64,000 bases of DNA from Dehalococcoidia bacterium (GTDB lineage Bacteria; Chloroflexota; Dehalococcoidia; Lucifugimonadales; UBA3495), in contig OZ247428.1 of NCBI GenBank assembly GCA_965232845.1, forward strand, positions 897,511 through 961,510. Reading direction: 5' to 3'. Position 1 is the stretch's first letter; the number at the start of each line of letters is the position of its first letter. The notes below the pieces were generated by a model that worked only from the letters and a program-made list of their open reading frames with translations, had not been told where the DNA came from and did no database searches. Below, one piece after another: positions 9,140-17,055 of the stretch. Both the position numbers and the translations under genes were made by a program.

Positions 9140-10498
9140 ATGCAGAACCAAAGCAATCCAGGAGATGGATTGGAAAGTGTTGCGCTCCAGAACACTTCTG
9201 CGCCTGAATCTGAATCCGTAGGAAATGACGGCAGCCCATACATTTCGGTTGCTTCACTTTGGAAGGTCTTCGGTAGGAATCCGGAACGGGTGATGGGCAC
9301 CGAGCATGCCGACAAGGACAAGTCCTTCTTTCAGAGTGAATATGGGAATGTGGTGGGTTTACGGGATGTTAGTTTTGACGTCAGGAAGGGAGAAACCTTC
9401 GTGGTTATGGGTCTCTCCGGCAGCGGCAAATCGACGTTAGTCCGTTGCCTGCTCAGGCTGATAGAGCCCACCGCCGGTGACATCGTCATCGCTGGTGAGA
9501 ATGTCACCAGAATGTCGGACAAAGAGTTGGTGGACTTCCGGCGCGCCAAAATAGCAATGGTATTCCAGCATTACGGCCTGATGCCCCATCGAAACGTCCT
9601 GGACAACGCGGCTTGGGGCCTGGAAGTGCAGGGCGTGGAAAAGGGAAACCGGCAAGACCGGACCAGGAAGGTGCTGGACATGGTCGGGCTGGCCGGGTGG
9701 GAAGATGCTTATCCACGCCAGCTGTCCGGCGGCATGCAGCAGAGAGTTGGATTGGCCCGAGCCCTGGTGGTGGACACCGATATTTTGCTGATGGATGAGC
9801 CCTTCAGCGGACTCGATCCTTTGATCCGGCGCCAAATGCAGGACGAACTCTTGAATCTGCAAACCGAACTGCAGAAGACCATCGTATTCATTACGCACGA
9901 TCTCAACGAGGCACTAAAGTTGGGAGACCAAATTGCCATTATGCACGACGGCGCTGTGGCTCAGATTGGCTCCCCTGAAGATATTGTCCTGAGACCAGAG
10001 GACGAATACGTGGGAGATTTTACCCAGGATGTGCGCCTGGAAAGCGTGCTAACTGCCAGCAAGGTAATGGTCACGCCCAAGGCCACGGTTATGGGCCGCC
10101 AGGGCCCCCGAGCTGCCTTGCACACCATAGGAGAGAGCGACGGAGATGTGGCTTGGGTGGTAGACAGTCGTGAGAAATACGTGGGTCTCTTGTCAATTAG
10201 CAACGCAGAGCGGGCTCTGCGCGCCGGTGTGAAGCGTTTTGACGAGGCGTGGGACTATGTGGACCGAAGTTATCTGCCGGTATCTCCAGATACAACATTC
10301 GATTCCCTGATTCCAATTGCCATGTCCAGCGACTTCCCCATTCCGGTGGTGGGCGACGGCAATACTCTTGTGGGCGAGGTGCATCGAAGCGCCCTTGCAG
10401 AAGCGCTGGCCGAAACATCAACGGTTGACACCGATTATGTGGCTAACGCGGCCATGAATGCTGCCATAGCCGCGGAGAACGAGGCAACTAATAGCTAG
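9140..10498 (+). CDS. opuAA: Glycine betaine/proline-type ABC transporter, ATP-binding subunit with C-terminal tandem CBS domains
   Basis: Walker A GLSGSGKST, signature LSGGMQQRVGLARAL, Walker B ILLMDEPFSGLD. About 130 aa CBS-like tail. The ATG at 9140 is preceded by AAGGAGG (the track ORF begins at TTG 9107). Confidence 0.9.
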   Translation: MQNQSNPGDGLESVALQNTSAPESESVGNDGSPYISVASLWKVFGRNPERVMGTEHADKDKSFFQSEYGNVVGLRDVSFDVRKGETFVVMGLSGSGKSTLVRCLLRLIEPTAGDIVIAGENVTRMSDKELVDFRRAKIAMVFQHYGLMPHRNVLDNAAWGLEVQGVEKGNRQDRTRKVLDMVGLAGWEDAYPRQLSGGMQQRVGLARALVVDTDILLMDEPFSGLDPLIRRQMQDELLNLQTELQKTIVFITHDLNEALKLGDQIAIMHDGAVAQIGSPEDIVLRPEDEYVGDFTQDVRLESVLTASKVMVTPKATVMGRQGPRAALHTIGESDGDVAWVVDSREKYVGLLSISNAERALRAGVKRFDEAWDYVDRSYLPVSPDTTFDSLIPIAMSSDFPIPVVGDGNTLVGEVHRSALAEALAETSTVDTDYVANAAMNAAIAAENEATNS

Positions 10499-10600
10499 TT
10501 CGCAGTGACCGCTCGCCGGTAGATGGCTTACGCAAATTGTGGCGGTTGAATTAGAGCGAAGACCCTTCAGCAGCTTGTACCGCCCTTTCCGGAGGGAATT

Positions 10601-11716
10601 ATGGCTTCCTTAACACGAGATGACTCAGGACAAAGCAGTTCCGGTGACCCGAAAGGTACGCAAGAAATTGAAAGAGGTGGCAGTTCCGCTGCCTCCCTAA
10701 GTAACCTGGTTAATTCCGTACCAACACTATACAAGTGGGGGGCTGGTCTGGCCCTAATCGCCGCCGTCCTCGTTGTCAGCTTGGTCATCTGGGGCCCAGG
10801 TATGGAGTACCCCACTACTGTTTCAACTTCGCAGATTCCTACTACTGGTGGAGCAACAATTACCCTTGAAAAAACTATCCGACAACAAACCGGTGCAGGG
10901 ATAGATTCGGCTGTCGGTTGGATTACTGTAACGGGAGCTTGGCTTTTTGACAGCATCTCCACTGCCGTCACCTACGCTCTAAAATACATTGAGGACTTTC
11001 TGAAGTGGGTCCCTTGGCCAGCACTAGTGCTGGCATTGACCATGCTCGCTTTCGCGATGGGACGTTGGGCCTTGGCCACTTTTACGGCCATTGCCTTGCT
11101 CTATATTGGTTTTATGGACCTCTGGCAAAACACAATTGACACAATTGCTTTAATGGTTGTTGCCGTTGCTGTAGCCATGGCAATAGGATTGCCATTAGGG
11201 GTGTTGGGTGCGCGTAGCAGGATTGCAGACAATCTTATGCGTCCCATATTAGATGGTATGCAGACCATGCCCAGCTTCGTGTACCTGCTGCCGGGTATCC
11301 TCTTCTTCGGGCTGGGCAAACCCGCGGGTATTTTTGCTACCATTATTTATGCCGTTCCACCGGTTATCCGATTGACTAACCTGGGCATTCGCCAGGTATC
11401 TCCGGAGACGGTTGAAGCTGCCCGATCTTTTGGCGCGTCGCCAATGCAGGTGTTGACCAAGGTCCAAATTCCCATGGCGCTTCCAACCATAATGGCGGGG
11501 ATTAACCAGACAACCATGATGGCCCTCGCGATGGTCACCATTGCTAGTATGGTTGCCGCGGGTGGGTTGGGTGACAATGTTCTTCGGGCCCTACAAAAGA
11601 ACGAAACCGGTAACGGCGCCATCGCGGGGCTTGCCATCGTTTTCCTGGCCATTGTCATTGACCGGCTGACCCAATCCGCAGCGCGGAGCCGCCAGCAATC
11701 CATGGGAATCGGCTAA
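10601..11716 (+). CDS. opuAB: Glycine betaine/proline-type ABC transporter permease
   Basis: 371 aa, multi-TM. EAA-like loop (VSPETVEAARSFGASPMQVLTKVQIPMALP) typical of ProW/OpuAB. GGAGGG RBS. Confidence 0.9.
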   Translation: MASLTRDDSGQSSSGDPKGTQEIERGGSSAASLSNLVNSVPTLYKWGAGLALIAAVLVVSLVIWGPGMEYPTTVSTSQIPTTGGATITLEKTIRQQTGAGIDSAVGWITVTGAWLFDSISTAVTYALKYIEDFLKWVPWPALVLALTMLAFAMGRWALATFTAIALLYIGFMDLWQNTIDTIALMVVAVAVAMAIGLPLGVLGARSRIADNLMRPILDGMQTMPSFVYLLPGILFFGLGKPAGIFATIIYAVPPVIRLTNLGIRQVSPETVEAARSFGASPMQVLTKVQIPMALPTIMAGINQTTMMALAMVTIASMVAAGGLGDNVLRALQKNETGNGAIAGLAIVFLAIVIDRLTQSAARSRQQSMGIG

Positions 11717-11837
11717 TGAATTTATTGGTACCGGTTAAGAAGCTGGCTAATTGTTGTTTGACAGTGCAATGTGACACTGCTAACATTTTTTGGTTGGGTC
11801 AGATGCCAGTAGCTGGTAGGAATCATACACAAACTTA

Positions 11838-13133
11838 ATGGGGAGGTACGTTACCTTGTTTGCTAAGTATCGGTTAATTCTGCTGATGGCGGCCATGTTT
11901 GCTATTTTCGCCCTGGTTGCCTGTTCTTCGGCTGCGCCCGCACCTGAACCCCAGATTATCGAAAGGGAAGTCATCGTTGAGAAGGAAGTCCCTGTCGAAG
12001 TAATCCAGGAAAAGGTCGTCGAGGTCGAAAAGGAAGTCGTCGTCGAGGTCGAAAAGGAAGTCGTCGTTGAGAAAGAAGTTCCGGTCGAGGTAATTCAGGA
12101 AAGGGTTGTTGAAGTCGAGAGGGAAGTCGAAAAGATCGTTGAGGTCGAGAAGGAAGTCGAAAAGATCGTTGAGGTCCCCGTAATGGCTCCCGAAGGCCCA
12201 AAGGAGCCAATAATCTTCAGCGACCTTAACTGGACCAGCGCTCAGATCCAAAACCGAGTCGCACAATACTTGGTTGAAAAAGGTTATGGTTATCCAACAG
12301 ACGTAGTGTTCGGTGCCACCTTGCCCCTTTTCCAGGGATTGAGAAAAGGTGACACACACGTGACGCTTGAGATTTGGCTTCCAAACCAAATCGAATCTTG
12401 GACTGAAGCAATCAACAATGGTGAGGTAGTATCTGTCGGTGCCAGCTTGGGCAACGACTGGCAGTCCTCATTTGTAATCCCCGCTTACCTGCAAGAACAG
12501 TATCCTGACCTGGACAATGTAGAGGATTTGAAAGACCAGCAATACAAGGATCTGTTCAAGTCGGCGGAGACGGGAGACAAGGCGCGCATCGTCGCCTGCG
12601 TCATTGGATGGGCCTGCGAAGAAGTGGGTGCCCAGCAACTGGTGGGGTATGGACTAACCGACCATGTGGAAGTGATTAACGCTGGTGATAGTGCAGCACT
12701 TAACGCTGACTTGTATGGCGCCTACGAGCGGCAGGAGCCCTGGTTGGGATATCAATGGGGCACAAACGAGCCCGCCTTGGTATTGGACTTGGTCCGTTTG
12801 GAAGAACCAGCCTACAGCGATACGTGCTGGCTTACTAACAAGGCCTGCGCATACAAGGACGCCGACGTGCTCATTGCTGTGCATCCTGATCTGCCTGCGG
12901 TAGCCCCGGATGTGGTTGCAATGCTTCGCAAGTGGGACTTTAATATAGATCTTTATAAACAGGTGGCGGCTTGGCAGACGGCCAATCCTGATGTGGACAA
13001 TAATGCTACAGCACTCTGGTGGCTGAATAGCTTTCCCGATGTTTGGGGCGAGTGGGTATCTGACGAGGCAAAATCAGCTATTCAAACTGCCTTAGCTGCA
13101 GGGGAAACACCTGATGGCTGGCCAGAAAGCTAA
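11838..13133 (+). CDS. opuAC: Lipoprotein substrate-binding protein of the OpuA/ProX type with a long repetitive tether
   Basis: 431 aa. Signal peptide with lipobox (FALVAC SS), a 74-aa Val/Glu repeat, then a ProX-like domain (IIFSDLNWTSAQIQNRVAQYLVEKGYGY...LEIW). Third gene of the ABC operon. Confidence 0.85.
   Translation: MGRYVTLFAKYRLILLMAAMFAIFALVACSSAAPAPEPQIIEREVIVEKEVPVEVIQEKVVEVEKEVVVEVEKEVVVEKEVPVEVIQERVVEVEREVEKIVEVEKEVEKIVEVPVMAPEGPKEPIIFSDLNWTSAQIQNRVAQYLVEKGYGYPTDVVFGATLPLFQGLRKGDTHVTLEIWLPNQIESWTEAINNGEVVSVGASLGNDWQSSFVIPAYLQEQYPDLDNVEDLKDQQYKDLFKSAETGDKARIVACVIGWACEEVGAQQLVGYGLTDHVEVINAGDSAALNADLYGAYERQEPWLGYQWGTNEPALVLDLVRLEEPAYSDTCWLTNKACAYKDADVLIAVHPDLPAVAPDVVAMLRKWDFNIDLYKQVAAWQTANPDVDNNATALWWLNSFPDVWGEWVSDEAKSAIQTALAAGETPDGWPES
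11961..12182 (+). repeat. In-frame coding tandem repeats encoding an (E/K)(K/R)EV-V-VEV low-complexity tether
   Basis: Protein: EREVIVEKEVPVEVIQEKVVEVEKEVVVEVEKEVVVEKEVPVEVIQERVVEVEREVEKIVEVEKEVEKIVEVPV. The DNA shows near-identical 24-30 nt units (gtcgaggtcgaaaaggaagtcgtc x2; gaagtcgaaaagatcgttgaggtc x2). Confidence 0.9.
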
Positions 13134-13164
13134 GCGCACCTCTCGACACTAAGGGTTAATGACT

Positions 13165-13198
13165 AGGGGCGGCCAAATTGGCTGCCCCTTCTATTTGG
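13165..13198 (+). terminator. Intrinsic terminator after opuAC
   Basis: AGGGGCGGCCA-aat-TGGCTGCCCCT hairpin followed by a T-rich tail (tctatttgg). Confidence 0.7.
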
Positions 13199-13263
13199 CC
13201 TGTTATAATGGCCCAGGGCGAGAATTGAAGTGCAATTTCCGTACTTGGTACTGAGGGTGATAA

Positions 13264-13998
13264 ATGACGACCCGAGACCCTATATCCGATGCAACTCTGG
13301 ATGTCCTGAAAAGCATTCCCACCCAGACCCTGATTGACGGACTGTGGGTAATGGGCTGGCCGATGAGCTACATCGAAGGCGCCCGTCCTTTACAGCGTGG
13401 GCAGAAAATGGCTGGCCGCGCCGTTACGCTGCGGTTCGTGCCCCACCGGCCGGACCTGGTCCAGGACAAGCCGAAGGGCGACCAGTCGGCCGAATATGTG
13501 GCCTATGAATTGTGCGGCCCCGGCGAGGTCATAGTCATTGACGCCATGGGGTGGACTTACAGTTCCATCGGCGGGGACATCAAATTTATGCGCTTGCATC
13601 AACGCGAAGTAGGCGGCCTCGTTACTGATGGTTCAGTTCGGGACAGCAACTCCCTCATCGAATACGGTTTTCCTGTCTACTCGGCGTCAACTACCGCCAA
13701 ACAGGGCCCGGCCGAGTTCTGGCCGTGGCAGGTCAATGATGCCATCCAGTGCGGCGGCGTCTTGGTGCGCCCCGGTGACGCCATCGTTGGTGACGACGAC
13801 GGCGCTGTCGTAGTACCTCACTCCGTTGTCGACCAGGTTATTTCCATAGCCCACGAACGGGAAGAAGTGGAAGAGGTAATCAAGGCCCAACTTGAGGTGG
13901 AGCGCTGCTCCCCCGGTAAGTATTACCCGTTCAACGACCTGACGTGGAAGCTCTTCGAAGAGAAAACGGGCAAGACCCGAGAGCAACAAGCCCGTTAA
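13264..13998 (+). CDS. RraA-family protein (RraA / 4-hydroxy-4-methyl-2-oxoglutarate aldolase-like)
   Basis: 244 aa. GGDIKFMRLHQREVGGLVTDGSVRD...FPVYS...GGVLVRPGDAIVGDDDGAVVVP matches the RraA/HMG-aldolase core pattern. Confidence 0.75.
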   Translation: MTTRDPISDATLDVLKSIPTQTLIDGLWVMGWPMSYIEGARPLQRGQKMAGRAVTLRFVPHRPDLVQDKPKGDQSAEYVAYELCGPGEVIVIDAMGWTYSSIGGDIKFMRLHQREVGGLVTDGSVRDSNSLIEYGFPVYSASTTAKQGPAEFWPWQVNDAIQCGGVLVRPGDAIVGDDDGAVVVPHSVVDQVISIAHEREEVEEVIKAQLEVERCSPGKYYPFNDLTWKLFEEKTGKTREQQAR

Positions 13999-14071
13999 TC
14001 AATTGTTTGCCGACATTAAACCCTAAGTGACCCAGGCCTGACCAAGAATTCAACAAACCGGAGGAGAGAAA

Positions 14072-14626
14072 ATGCCCAGACTCCCAGTGGCAACCAGAGA
14101 AAGCGTACCCGAAAACCAACGTGAGATCTTCGACGAAGTCGTAGGCGGCGGAGAAGTACCCAACCGGGGTCCAGGCTCGGTTACCATCCACGCACCTGGA
14201 GCAGCCAAAGTCGCCACCGCCCTGAACCAGTATTTGCGACGCGATTCCAGCCTGTCGCCGAAGATTCTGGAATTGGCCATGCTGGTGACGGCCCGCGAAA
14301 TGGATTGCCAGCATATTTGGAACGCCCACGCAGCCTCGGCGAGGGATGCCGGTGTTCCCGACGAACTGGTGGACGCCTTGAGGGAAGGGGAAGAGTTGCT
14401 GGACCTGGCGCCCGACGAAGAAGCGGTTGTCAACTACGGTCAGGAGTATTTCCGGACCCATCGGGTCAGCCGGGGTTCCTGGCAGTCGGCATTCGAGCAG
14501 TTTGGCACCGCGGGCCTAGTGGAATTGACCTTGGTAATGGGCAACTACGCCATGTTCGCATTTTGTATTGACGCCTTCGATACCGAATTGCCCCCCAGTC
14601 GAAACGAGAAGCTGCTGCCAATTTAA
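14072..14626 (+). CDS. Carboxymuconolactone decarboxylase (AhpD-like) family protein
   Basis: 184 aa. ILELAMLVTAREMDCQHIWNAHAASARDAGV...VELTLVMGNYAM resembles the CMD-family helical core. GGAGGAG RBS. Confidence 0.6.
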   Translation: MPRLPVATRESVPENQREIFDEVVGGGEVPNRGPGSVTIHAPGAAKVATALNQYLRRDSSLSPKILELAMLVTAREMDCQHIWNAHAASARDAGVPDELVDALREGEELLDLAPDEEAVVNYGQEYFRTHRVSRGSWQSAFEQFGTAGLVELTLVMGNYAMFAFCIDAFDTELPPSRNEKLLPI

Positions 14627-14673
14627 GGTCGTACAAGCGCCTTGGATTCGGTGGCATGGATTTCTGAAAGCAG

Positions 14674-14701
14674 AGATGGGCAGTCTTGAAGACTGCCCAT
14701 C
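14674..14701 (+). terminator. Hairpin terminator after the CMD-family gene
   Basis: Perfect palindrome GATGGGCAGTCTT-ga-AAGACTGCCCATC. Weak T tail. Confidence 0.55.
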
Positions 14702-14801
14702 ATTAGTTCTCGGGATTCCTAGTAGACTGACACAGATGCATTGATGGGGGATAGGGTAGAATGGTTCAGTAGAGAGAAGGTGGAGGAGTGAGGTGAGAGT
14801 G

Positions 14802-15260
14802 ATGGTAAAGAAGTACCGGGTGGAGTTGGGGGAGGAGGAGCGGCAGGGACTAAAGGGTCTGGTATCGAGGGGGAGGGCGGCAGCCTACCGACAGACCCAT
14901 GCTCGGATTCTGCTGTTAAGCGATGAGAACCAGGCTGAAGGGGCGATGAAGGACGAGGAGATAGCCCGGTCCCTGAAGGTGGGGAGGGCGACGGTGGAGC
15001 GGGTGCGGCGGCGTTGCGTGGAAGAGGGTCTGGAGCGTGCCTTGGGGCGCAAGGAGCAACTGAACCGGCCGCAGAAACGACTGGATGGTCAGGGGGAGGC
15101 CTGTCTGGTGGCGCTGGCCTGCAGCGAACCACCGGAGGGCCGGACCAGTTGGACGCTTAAGCTGCTGGCGGACCGGATGGTTGCGTGCGAGATAGTGGAG
15201 AGGGTCAGTTCCGAGACGGTGCGGCGGACCTTGAAAAAAACGAACTCAAGCCCTGGCTGA
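14802..15260 (+). CDS. IS630 transposase, N-terminal HTH part (orfA)
   Basis: MVKKYRVELGEEERQGLKGLVSRGRAAAYRQTHARILLL...GRATVERVRRRCVEEGLE is typical of the IS630/Tc1 paired HTH region. Ends ...TLKKTNSSPG* just after the A7 run. Confidence 0.8.
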   Translation: MVKKYRVELGEEERQGLKGLVSRGRAAAYRQTHARILLLSDENQAEGAMKDEEIARSLKVGRATVERVRRRCVEEGLERALGRKEQLNRPQKRLDGQGEACLVALACSEPPEGRTSWTLKLLADRMVACEIVERVSSETVRRTLKKTNSSPG

Positions 15261-15940
15261 AGGAATGCTGGTGCATCCCGCCCCGGGAGAGCGCCCAGTT
15301 CGTGTGCGCCATGGAGGACGTGCTGGAGGTCTATCATCGCCGATATGAGGACAACGAAGTGCTGGTCTGCCTGGACGAGACCAGCAAGCAGCAGGTGCGC
15401 GAGACCCGCCCGCCTCGGCCGCCGCGTCCCGGGGCGGTCCAAGCCTATGACCACGAATACCAGCGCAACGGGGTGAGCAACCTGTTCATGGTGTTCGCGC
15501 CCCTGGAGGGGTGGCGGAGGGTGGAGGTGACCGAGCGCCGGACTAAAGTCGATTGGGCGCGCCAGGTCCAGCAACTGGTGGACCAGGACTATCCCGACAA
15601 GGACCGGATCGTGCTGGTGATGGACAATCTGAACACTCATCACCCCAGTTCATTATATGAGGCCTTTGAACCCGCCGAGGCCCAGCGCATCGCCCAGCGG
15701 CTGGAGATTCACTATACCCCCAAGCACGGCAGTTGGCTGAACATGGCCGAAATAGAATTGGGGGTGCTGGGACGCCAATGCCTGGACCGCCGCATTCCCG
15801 ACCGGGAAACCCTGAGGGCAGAGACCGCAGCCTGGCAAAGAGGGCGGAACCAAGACGCAATCCAAGTCAAATGGCGCTTCACCACTGAGGATGCACGCAT
15901 CAAGCTAAAATCCCTTTACCCATCGCTACATCTGTGTTGA
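15185..15940 (+). CDS. IS630 transposase, DDE catalytic part (orfB, -1 frame; productive entry at about 15239)
   Basis: After a -1 slip the product reads ...TLKK|NELKPWLKECWCIPP..., the conserved junction of single-ORF IS630 transposases. Followed by LVCLDETS...VLVMDNLNTH...YTPKHGSWLNMAEIE (DDE motif). Confidence 0.8.
   Translation: MRDSGEGQFRDGAADLEKNELKPWLKECWCIPPRESAQFVCAMEDVLEVYHRRYEDNEVLVCLDETSKQQVRETRPPRPPRPGAVQAYDHEYQRNGVSNLFMVFAPLEGWRRVEVTERRTKVDWARQVQQLVDQDYPDKDRIVLVMDNLNTHHPSSLYEAFEPAEAQRIAQRLEIHYTPKHGSWLNMAEIELGVLGRQCLDRRIPDRETLRAETAAWQRGRNQDAIQVKWRFTTEDARIKLKSLYPSLHLC
15234..15240 (+). promoter_or_regulatory. A7 slippery run: candidate programmed -1 frameshift site (or an inactivating +1 A indel)
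   Basis: ttgAAAAAAAcg. orfA reads aaa-aaa-acg. orfB is in the -1 frame reading gaa-aaa-aac. Confidence 0.6.
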
Positions 15941-15965
15941 TCTACTAGTTCGCCTCGGGTGGGGC

Positions 15966-17045
15966 TCAACTTGCCGAACTATATATCTGAACTCGGTGTC
16001 GGAGGCTGTCCACGATATAGACTAGCCCGTCGGCCCCGATTTTCACCGACGTGGGTCCCCAGAATAGTTTCTCCACGTTGGCCGAACGCTCCCATTCGAA
16101 TCCCCTGTGGGAGTCATACTCCGGCCTTGGTTCAAGCTCAGGTTCCAGGTCCGCTTCATGTCGAGCAGTCGCCTCATCCGGGTTCGCTGAGAAATAGTCC
16201 TTTGCCCATATAGAATCCTTGGATTCCCCTCGGTAAGCAGCCAAAAACTTTCCGTCGCCGTCCAACACCTGGACTCTCTCATTGCCCCAATCAGAAACAA
16301 TCATGTTTCCTGCACTATCTACGGCCAGTCCGGACGGCCGGTTAAACTGCCCCTTCCCGTCCCCGGGTTCGCCGTACGTGACAATGAACTCCCCGGCGGC
16401 GGAGAATTTGTGAATCCGGTCGTTTCGCCAGTCCGAAACATAGACGTTGCCGTCGCGGTCAATAGCAAGCCCCCAGGGCATATTGAACAAGCCGGGGTCA
16501 ATACCAAACCCGCCCCATTGGGCCAGAAATGCTCCATCCCTGGAATACTTCTGTATTCTGTGGTTCAGGCTGTCAGCAACCAGCAAATTCTGGTCTAGGT
16601 CGAAAGCGATAAAAGAAGGTCTATTGAATTGCCCTTCGCCCGAGCCTGCAACACCCCACTTGGTCAGAAATGTCCCATCATGGTCGTAAATGGAAATCCG
16701 ATTCAGGGCTTCGTCGGCAACGTAAAGTCGGTCTTCTGCGTCAAAGGCCAGGGAACTGGGCCACCAAAGATCTCCGTCGCCGGTTCCGCCGGTGGCGAAC
16801 TCCCCCAGGTATTCCTCATCTGCCGCACACATGGTGATTCGCTTGTAGGCGAGCCTCACACCAACTTCCGGCCCGGCACGATTGAGAACGTAGAGAGTGC
16901 CTTGAGAATTCAATGCCAAGTCGACGGGATTGTTGAAACCCCGGCCTTGATTAGCCATGAACCCTAGAGTGTGGCTGTATTGAAGCGATGCGACCATCGT
17001 CATGGCCATTACCTCTTCCTCAGTTGATCCCCGTATCGGGGGCAT
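15966..17045 (-). CDS. NHL-repeat beta-propeller protein
   Basis: 359 aa with about six repeats of the NHL pattern: LYVADEALNRISIYDHDGTFLTKWG, LLVADSLNHRIQKYSRDGAFLAQWG, VYVSDWRNDRIHKFSAAGEF, MIVSDWGNERVQVLDGDGKF, VYIVDSLRHRVQIY. Confidence 0.85.
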   Translation of the reverse strand: MPPIRGSTEEEVMAMTMVASLQYSHTLGFMANQGRGFNNPVDLALNSQGTLYVLNRAGPEVGVRLAYKRITMCAADEEYLGEFATGGTGDGDLWWPSSLAFDAEDRLYVADEALNRISIYDHDGTFLTKWGVAGSGEGQFNRPSFIAFDLDQNLLVADSLNHRIQKYSRDGAFLAQWGGFGIDPGLFNMPWGLAIDRDGNVYVSDWRNDRIHKFSAAGEFIVTYGEPGDGKGQFNRPSGLAVDSAGNMIVSDWGNERVQVLDGDGKFLAAYRGESKDSIWAKDYFSANPDEATARHEADLEPELEPRPEYDSHRGFEWERSANVEKLFWGPTSVKIGADGLVYIVDSLRHRVQIYSSAS

Positions 17046-17055
17046 CCAAACGAAC

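Larger units (their letters stand above)
14720..15947 (+). mobile_element. IS630-family (Tc1/mariner-like) insertion sequence, including flanking TA duplication
   Basis: Imperfect terminal inverted repeats: GTAGACTGACACAGATGCATTGATGGG (from 14722) versus the reverse complement of the right end, GTAGATCAACACAGATGTAGCGATGGG (to 15945), 21/27 identical by eye. Both ends are flanked by TA. Two overlapping transposase ORFs lie inside. Confidence 0.85.

Noticed and set aside
11961-12182. A periodic DNA repeat that could be mistaken for a CRISPR-like or non-coding tandem array
   Set aside because: The repeats are contiguous with no spacers and lie in frame inside the opuAC ORF. They encode a coherent Val/Glu tether, so this is not a CRISPR array.
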